Origin: Guillardia theta CCMP2712
Lineage: Eukaryota; Protista; Cryptophyta
Direction: 5' to 3'
NCBI RefSeq assembly: GCF_000315625.1
Contig: NW_005434648.1
Coordinates: 676,236 to 740,235, forward strand
Length of the DNA: 64,000 nt
The notes below the pieces were generated by a model. It was not told where the DNA came from. It did no database searches and saw only the letters and a list, made by a program, of their open reading frames with translations. A program made the translations under genes and the position numbers. Shown here in pieces: positions 62,684 to 64,000 of the stretch (positions are counted from its first letter, which is position 1; every line of letters begins with the position of its first letter).

Positions 62684-64000
62684 TGGACGCAGGAACAGGA
62701 GGAGACGAGGGCAGGTGGGACAATTGGCACAAGGGTGAGGTGGAAGGACAAGAAGGTGAGAAAAACAAAGACAAAGAAAATCAAAAAACGACACAAACAT
62801 TCGACCTAGTAGGGGAGATCCCCTGGAGTCGAAGGGAACAAAACAGAGAATATGGATTAGCGGCGCTACTCAACTCGGGAGAAGCTGGCTTTCTCTCCGA
62901 AGATGTTGTGGAGGCGATAATCCTCGAGGCAAGCGAAGGTATCGAACCATTGGAAGACAGATTTCAAGTAGCATGGCTACGAGACAAGAGGTACGCGAGC
63001 GCGCAAACTAGAAACCAGGTCGAGTCGCCGAGAGGGACTATTGTCCTCCCGAGAATAGTAGCTTGTTTGAGAGATCAAGAGGGGAGGACAAAGAGAGCAA
63101 AGCGACTACTAGCCGGGGCAGCTCAGCCATTCTTATTCCCGTGCGTAGAGAATGGCAATCATTGGATTCTACTAATGGCAGATTTTGACACAAAAAGAAT
63201 ACGCATTGTTGATTCACTCAGCACGGCTGAGAGAGACTTGGGGATTGTCAGAAGTCAAAGGGAGGCACAGTTTCAGCTGGAAGGCGCACAACGAATGGAC
63301 TTAGCCACACTCGCGGCGACGATTGTCACGGAGGCATTCAGCGACCAGCAGGAACATGCAACGACATGGCGGGTTTACCTGTCAACTGAGCTACAACAAA
63401 CAGACAATCACAACTGTGGGATCTTCATACTGTTGCATTTGCTGCTGATCGCAAAGACAAACAGACCGACACAACGAGACATCTCAAAAACAGGTAGGCA
63501 GCAAGGCGTCCCCCCACCCCAGCAATGGCTCGAGAGGATGAGGCACCGGCTGCTGGATGCGCTTTGGGTGGAGGATCCAGGAAAAGCGCGCATGCGAGAA
63601 ACGATCAAAGGCATCTGCAGAGCTTTACAACACGCGCAAGATAAAGGGTACAAGGAATGGCAAGCAGCAGAGGTGACCCAGGCACAAGAGATGGAGCAGG
63701 GAGAGCAAGAACCGTGGCAAGCGAGAAACATGGCGGACCTGCGGACATATGAAAGGTCAGAACAGATGGACTCACTACCGCCGCAGGCCACATCGCTCCC
63801 CCCAGCGGGCAAGCACAAAGAACAAGCTTCGAACGATGTAAGGGGAACTAGGGAGGAGGAGGAGACGCACTCTCCGGCAAGAGATCGAAGGGGAGTACCA
63901 CATCAACTTCAATGGGCCAATAGGGAAGAGGAACAAATACTAACAACAGGTAGAAAACCTCACAATGCAATTCGAACAGAAAGATCAGAGCAACCATCAT
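62683..64000 (+). CDS. ORF2 of unit 2 (partial) with an N-terminal Ulp1/C48-like cysteine protease domain
   Basis: My translation from ATG 62683 is open for 439 codons to the window end: GFLSEDVVEAII..FLFPCVENGNHWILLMADFDTKRIRIVDSL..LQQTDNHNCGIFIL (His 63160, Asp 63211, Cys 63415). Confidence 0.85.
   Translation, partial: MDAGTGGDEGRWDNWHKGEVEGQEGEKNKDKENQKTTQTFDLVGEIPWSRREQNREYGLAALLNSGEAGFLSEDVVEAIILEASEGIEPLEDRFQVAWLRDKRYASAQTRNQVESPRGTIVLPRIVACLRDQEGRTKRAKRLLAGAAQPFLFPCVENGNHWILLMADFDTKRIRIVDSLSTAERDLGIVRSQREAQFQLEGAQRMDLATLAATIVTEAFSDQQEHATTWRVYLSTELQQTDNHNCGIFILLHLLLIAKTNRPTQRDISKTGRQQGVPPPQQWLERMRHRLLDALWVEDPGKARMRETIKGICRALQHAQDKGYKEWQAAEVTQAQEMEQGEQEPWQARNMADLRTYERSEQMDSLPPQATSLPPAGKHKEQASNDVRGTREEEETHSPARDRRGVPHQLQWANREEEQILTTGRKPHNAIRTERSEQPS

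Larger units (their letters stand above)
60385..64000 (+). mobile_element. Putative telomere-repeat-targeted retroelement, unit 2 (ORF1 + ORF2), truncated by the window end
   Basis: Starts at a TTTAGGG tract with a 19-nt repeat x4; bicistronic, intronless, A-rich sense strand; TAATG junction between the ORFs. Confidence 0.72.

Noticed and set aside
57883-64000. Athena/Terminon- or HeT-A-style attachment to the chromosome 3' end
   Set aside because: That mechanism should orient the ORFs opposite to the G-rich strand; here they run in the same direction. It cannot be fully excluded without the RT.

Overview
Gene-dense eukaryotic nuclear DNA with many short GT-AG introns. It is most likely a cryptophyte alga such as Guillardia theta; this is an inference from the signal peptide + 'AF' plastid leader on hemC, the intron style and the TTTAGGG repeats. 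Bases 1-57.6 kb carry about 20 genes: an MFS transporter, a cytosolic-type IleRS with a bipartite-like leader, Nup85, a giant DDT/PHD/chromo/Tudor/LysM/4x-bromodomain protein, an IGPS-like protein, a UBL-UBA-UBA-STI1 protein, a 2OG-oxygenase-like protein, a B-box/multi-PDZ protein, an SMR transporter lacking the key Glu, RagA/B, API5, hemC, a patatin, PLRG1 and a TTLL3-like glycylase. At about 57.8 kb the sequence switches abruptly to a head-to-tail array of two related intronless units. Each unit begins directly after a short (TTTAGGG)4 tract, followed by short tandem repeats, a conserved hairpin-forming leader and a paralogous ~700-aa ORF1. Unit 1 has ORF1 only (frameshifted) and ends in 76-nt structured repeats fused to telomeric repeats. 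In unit 2, ORF1 is joined by a TAATG stop/start overlap to an ORF2 that begins with a Ulp1/C48-like protease domain and runs off the window; it is missing from the supplied ORF track. The best interpretation is a telomere-repeat-targeted retroelement family with autonomous and non-autonomous members, but no reverse transcriptase is visible inside the window. Exon boundaries of multi-intron genes are approximate.
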